49,443 bases of DNA, taken from positions 70,472 to 119,914 of the forward strand of contig NMRA01000855.1 in assembly GCA_002633005.1 (NCBI GenBank), written 5' to 3'. Positions within the stretch are counted from its first letter, which is position 1, and each line of letters begins with the position of its first letter. Source of the stretch: Phoronis australis. Its lineage: Eukaryota > Animalia > Phoronida. The notes beneath the pieces were generated by a model. It was not told the DNA's origin. It saw only the letters and a list, made by a program, of their open reading frames with translations, and did no database searches. Shown piece by piece: positions 46,502-49,443 of the stretch. The position numbers and the translations under genes are program-made.

Positions 46502-48226
46502 GTAATATGTTGCAAGGTTAACATTACGTCACCTGGAATGTGTATGGGTCTAGCACCTGATGGTCAACAAATGTCAGTTCAAACTAATTTGCTTATAAGC
46601 ATAAAGACTGCGAACTGTTAAGGCAGTACAAAATTAATATTAATTACTGATTATGAGAAGAAAAATGTTTTATACAAGGGTTTTTGTTATATATGCATTA
46701 ATGCATTTTTCAAGTTTACGTAGAAGGGGTCATGCTTGGTTGATGGCGGCAGATAATTTTCAGAAGCAAAGTTTGTGTTCAATATGTACTTGGCTGTCCA
46801 GATGTGTCATCAGATAAATCCAATGGGTTGATTCCCATTTTGGAGCGTAAACATATCTGACTTGGTATACATCAACGCTTTGAGTTGCAAGTTGTTCTGA
46901 TCAGTTGCCATTTAATTGTGTGTGTAGTTCTGTTATGTCAATAGCGGATTTGCAGCGCAGACGAATTACGCATTGCGCATGTGCGAGTTACTTCCTTCGC
47001 GAAGGCTCATGGGAATTGGCGTTGTCTTATCCGCAATAAAAACAAGTATTTAACTTCACAAAGAACCCCCAAGCAGTATAAGCAGAGAGCTACATGTCAA
47101 GCACACCAAAAAGTTGTTTCCAAGAATAAAAAACAATCAGGCTTCACAGCTATCTTTCAGTTTCGTAGAGAGAGAGGCGACTTCAGAGGGCACACTGAAG
47201 ACTTCAATCCACCTGCTGAATTTCAATGAAGATCCATCACAAGACTCGGTAGATATAGAAGTAAAGGCAAGGAATACTAAAACTGCCATAAGGAAAGGAC
47301 ACATCAGTTAAGACTCATTTGAAAATCAATGCCAGGAAAGCTGTCCTCCATAACAACATATTTGATGAATAATATGAAGATGTATGTCTCAGGTTCACAA
47401 CCAGTGCGACTATTATGTAGGGATACGTGAACAATACAGAGTCATTTCAAGCTTTGTTTCGATTACATGGATACGGTAATTCCTCACTTATTTTGCACAC
47501 TCGCCTATTTTTGCTCACCCAAAATTATTTGGAAACTAATATTTTGTCCCTCACTAATTTCACAAGGTGGGAATTTGTTTCTTCGTCTAATTCCCATAGT
47601 TAGTTTTGCACCTTCGGAAAATAATAATGCAACACCTGCTAATTAATCCTGGTAATACACAACACTTAAACCAAATTATTAATGTCTGATCCATTCACAT
47701 GGGATATCTTATGCTGCTGTAAACATGAAGAGAAGTGTGTGATACAAATGAGTGTGGTGTAACTTTAGACTCAAATGTTCAAAAGAGTTTCTTCAACTAT
47801 GGGTTCATCGCCAACTATGGGATAACAAACGTTTACATTGGAAGGAATAAAGTAACTTAATTACCATTAATTAGACCGTGTTGACATCCCATAGGCCTCA
47901 TTTCATTTGCACGATTTATAGGAGCAGTTGACAATGCTTGAATAGTAAGTCAATTTCTCACATCCCTCAACTGAGTCAGTAAATTCAGTTCATTTGGCAA
48001 ACTCTGTCATGCGTAATTTTGTGACATAAGTGGAGGAATACTGTTTTAAGTCAGACAAAAATAATTCAAGTTCTGAACCAACACGAGATAACCCATCCAC
48101 AATCAAGACTACATACATGCACGGTGAGGTTCATAAAGATATCTTTCTTCATTACACACTGCCTTTGACATGACTCAACACTTGAGAAAAAACAACACAA
48201 AAGTTTTTGAGTCATTACCTTTTTCT

Positions 48227-49443
48227 AACAAGAGCAACGCGGAGCATTCAAATGCATCCACGAATGCACCACAAATGGGGTGCGTCTAGCCTTGATTATT
48301 TGCATCAGAAAAATAGCCACTAGATGGCACAAAATGTCCAGTACTTCTAAAAGCGGGAAGTGCTATCTAAGAAGCTATCTAGAAAACTATTTACCAAATT
48401 TCATAAAAATCTATCAAGGAATTTCAGAGAAACAAAAGAAACGTAAAAAAATGAAATTGCCACTAGGAGGCACAGCATTCCTTGGATCTGCCTAAAAGTC
48501 GTCTTTTTCTGTTGTTAGCTTCATATAGATACCCTCACTAAATTTAATAAAAATTCTGGAGTGGGTTTAGGAGATATACCTATGGGCACAAAACAAAACA
48601 AAACTATCACCACGAGCCACCACAGTAGTTCAAGTCATCGCCAACCGTCCTCTTCACACTGAGAACATATACGCCATCTTTAAAAATCACGATCCTTAGA
48701 ATGGATTGGTCGATAGAGGATGGACTCAAAAACAGCAAAAACAGCCACTAGGTGGTGCAAAATTCCTCGATTTCAACCGAAAACGGGAGGTAGCGTTATC
48801 TCACCAATAGATGCCTATATTCCAAATTCTATGAAAGTCCATTGAGGACTTTTGAAGAAACAGACTGAGGTAAATGTAAAAAACTAAAATTGCCACTAGG
48901 GGGCACACAGGTAGTCAGATCTGTCCGAAAGTTGTGGTCGTCTGTTGTCAATATCATCTAAATACATTTAGTAAAGATTCTGCCAACGGTTTAGGAGATA
49001 CAGCTACCGCCACCAAAAAAATGCCACTAGGAGGCGCCACAGTGATCAAGAACATCAGAAAATCATCATGAGCAGTCCTCTTCATAATAAGAACATGTAT
49101 GCCAATTTTCACAATCATCCTTAGAGCGGTTTGGTAGATAGAGGGGTGGACGACAACAAACAGATTCGAAAACAGTAAAAATGGTCACTAGGTGGCGCAA
49201 ACTACATCAAATCCATTCCAAAACTGAAGGAGAGCGTTACCTCAATGATAAATGCCTATAAGCCACATTTTATGAAAATCCGTGGAGGACCTTTGAAGAA
49301 ACAGCGGTCTGTAAAAAAACTAAAATTGCCAATAGGGGGCACACCGGTAATCAGATCTATCTGAAAGTCGTCGTCTATTGTCAACATTATATAAATACAC
49401 TTGCTAACTATACTAAAGATCCTGCAAACTGTTTAGGAGATAT
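48227..49443 (-). mobile_element. HINE-like family A copy in GCC2 intron, running off the right edge
   Basis: Starts aacaagagcaacgcg like 18976 and is colinear with 18976-20060, with the same repeat array. Confidence 0.85.

Noticed and set aside
46920-47400. CpG-rich patch with TGCGCATGTGCG (NRF1-like) and short ORFs in a GCC2 intron
   Set aside because: No coiled-coil exon with good splice sites and no element termini found; cannot call a promoter or exon.

Overview
AT-rich, intron-containing animal genomic DNA (probably a marine invertebrate; the species cannot be determined from the sequence). I reconstructed three spliced genes by hand from splice sites and reading-frame phase. (1) The 5' part of a minus-strand R3H-domain protein gene (exons at 5097-5173, 4497-4540, 1544-1672 and 923-1027) that continues off the left edge. 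(2) A complete minus-strand lambda-crystallin / L-gulonate 3-dehydrogenase gene (CRYL1; 6 coding exons, 963 nt, 320 aa). (3) The 5' ~1486 codons of a plus-strand GCC2/GCC185 golgin gene (15 coding exons in the window, one 2889-nt exon, one probable GC-AG intron), lying head-to-head with CRYL1. Almost all short ORFs in the supplied track are spurious. Introns and intergenic DNA are full of non-autonomous DNA elements: two Helentron/HINE-like families, Tc2/pogo-like, Harbinger-like, Kolobok-like and foldback MITEs, and a 34-bp minisatellite. The most interesting signals are: a HINE-like family whose ~140-bp internal repeat carries a CTCF-like motif per unit; a second HINE-like family carrying nuclear-receptor DR1/half-site arrays; inverted transposon copies bracketing two in-frame GCC2 exons; a tandem-acceptor uORF/N-extension switch in CRYL1; a repeat-derived splice acceptor; and twin perfect palindromes at the shared promoter. 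All family assignments rest on recalled sequences and structure, not on database searches.
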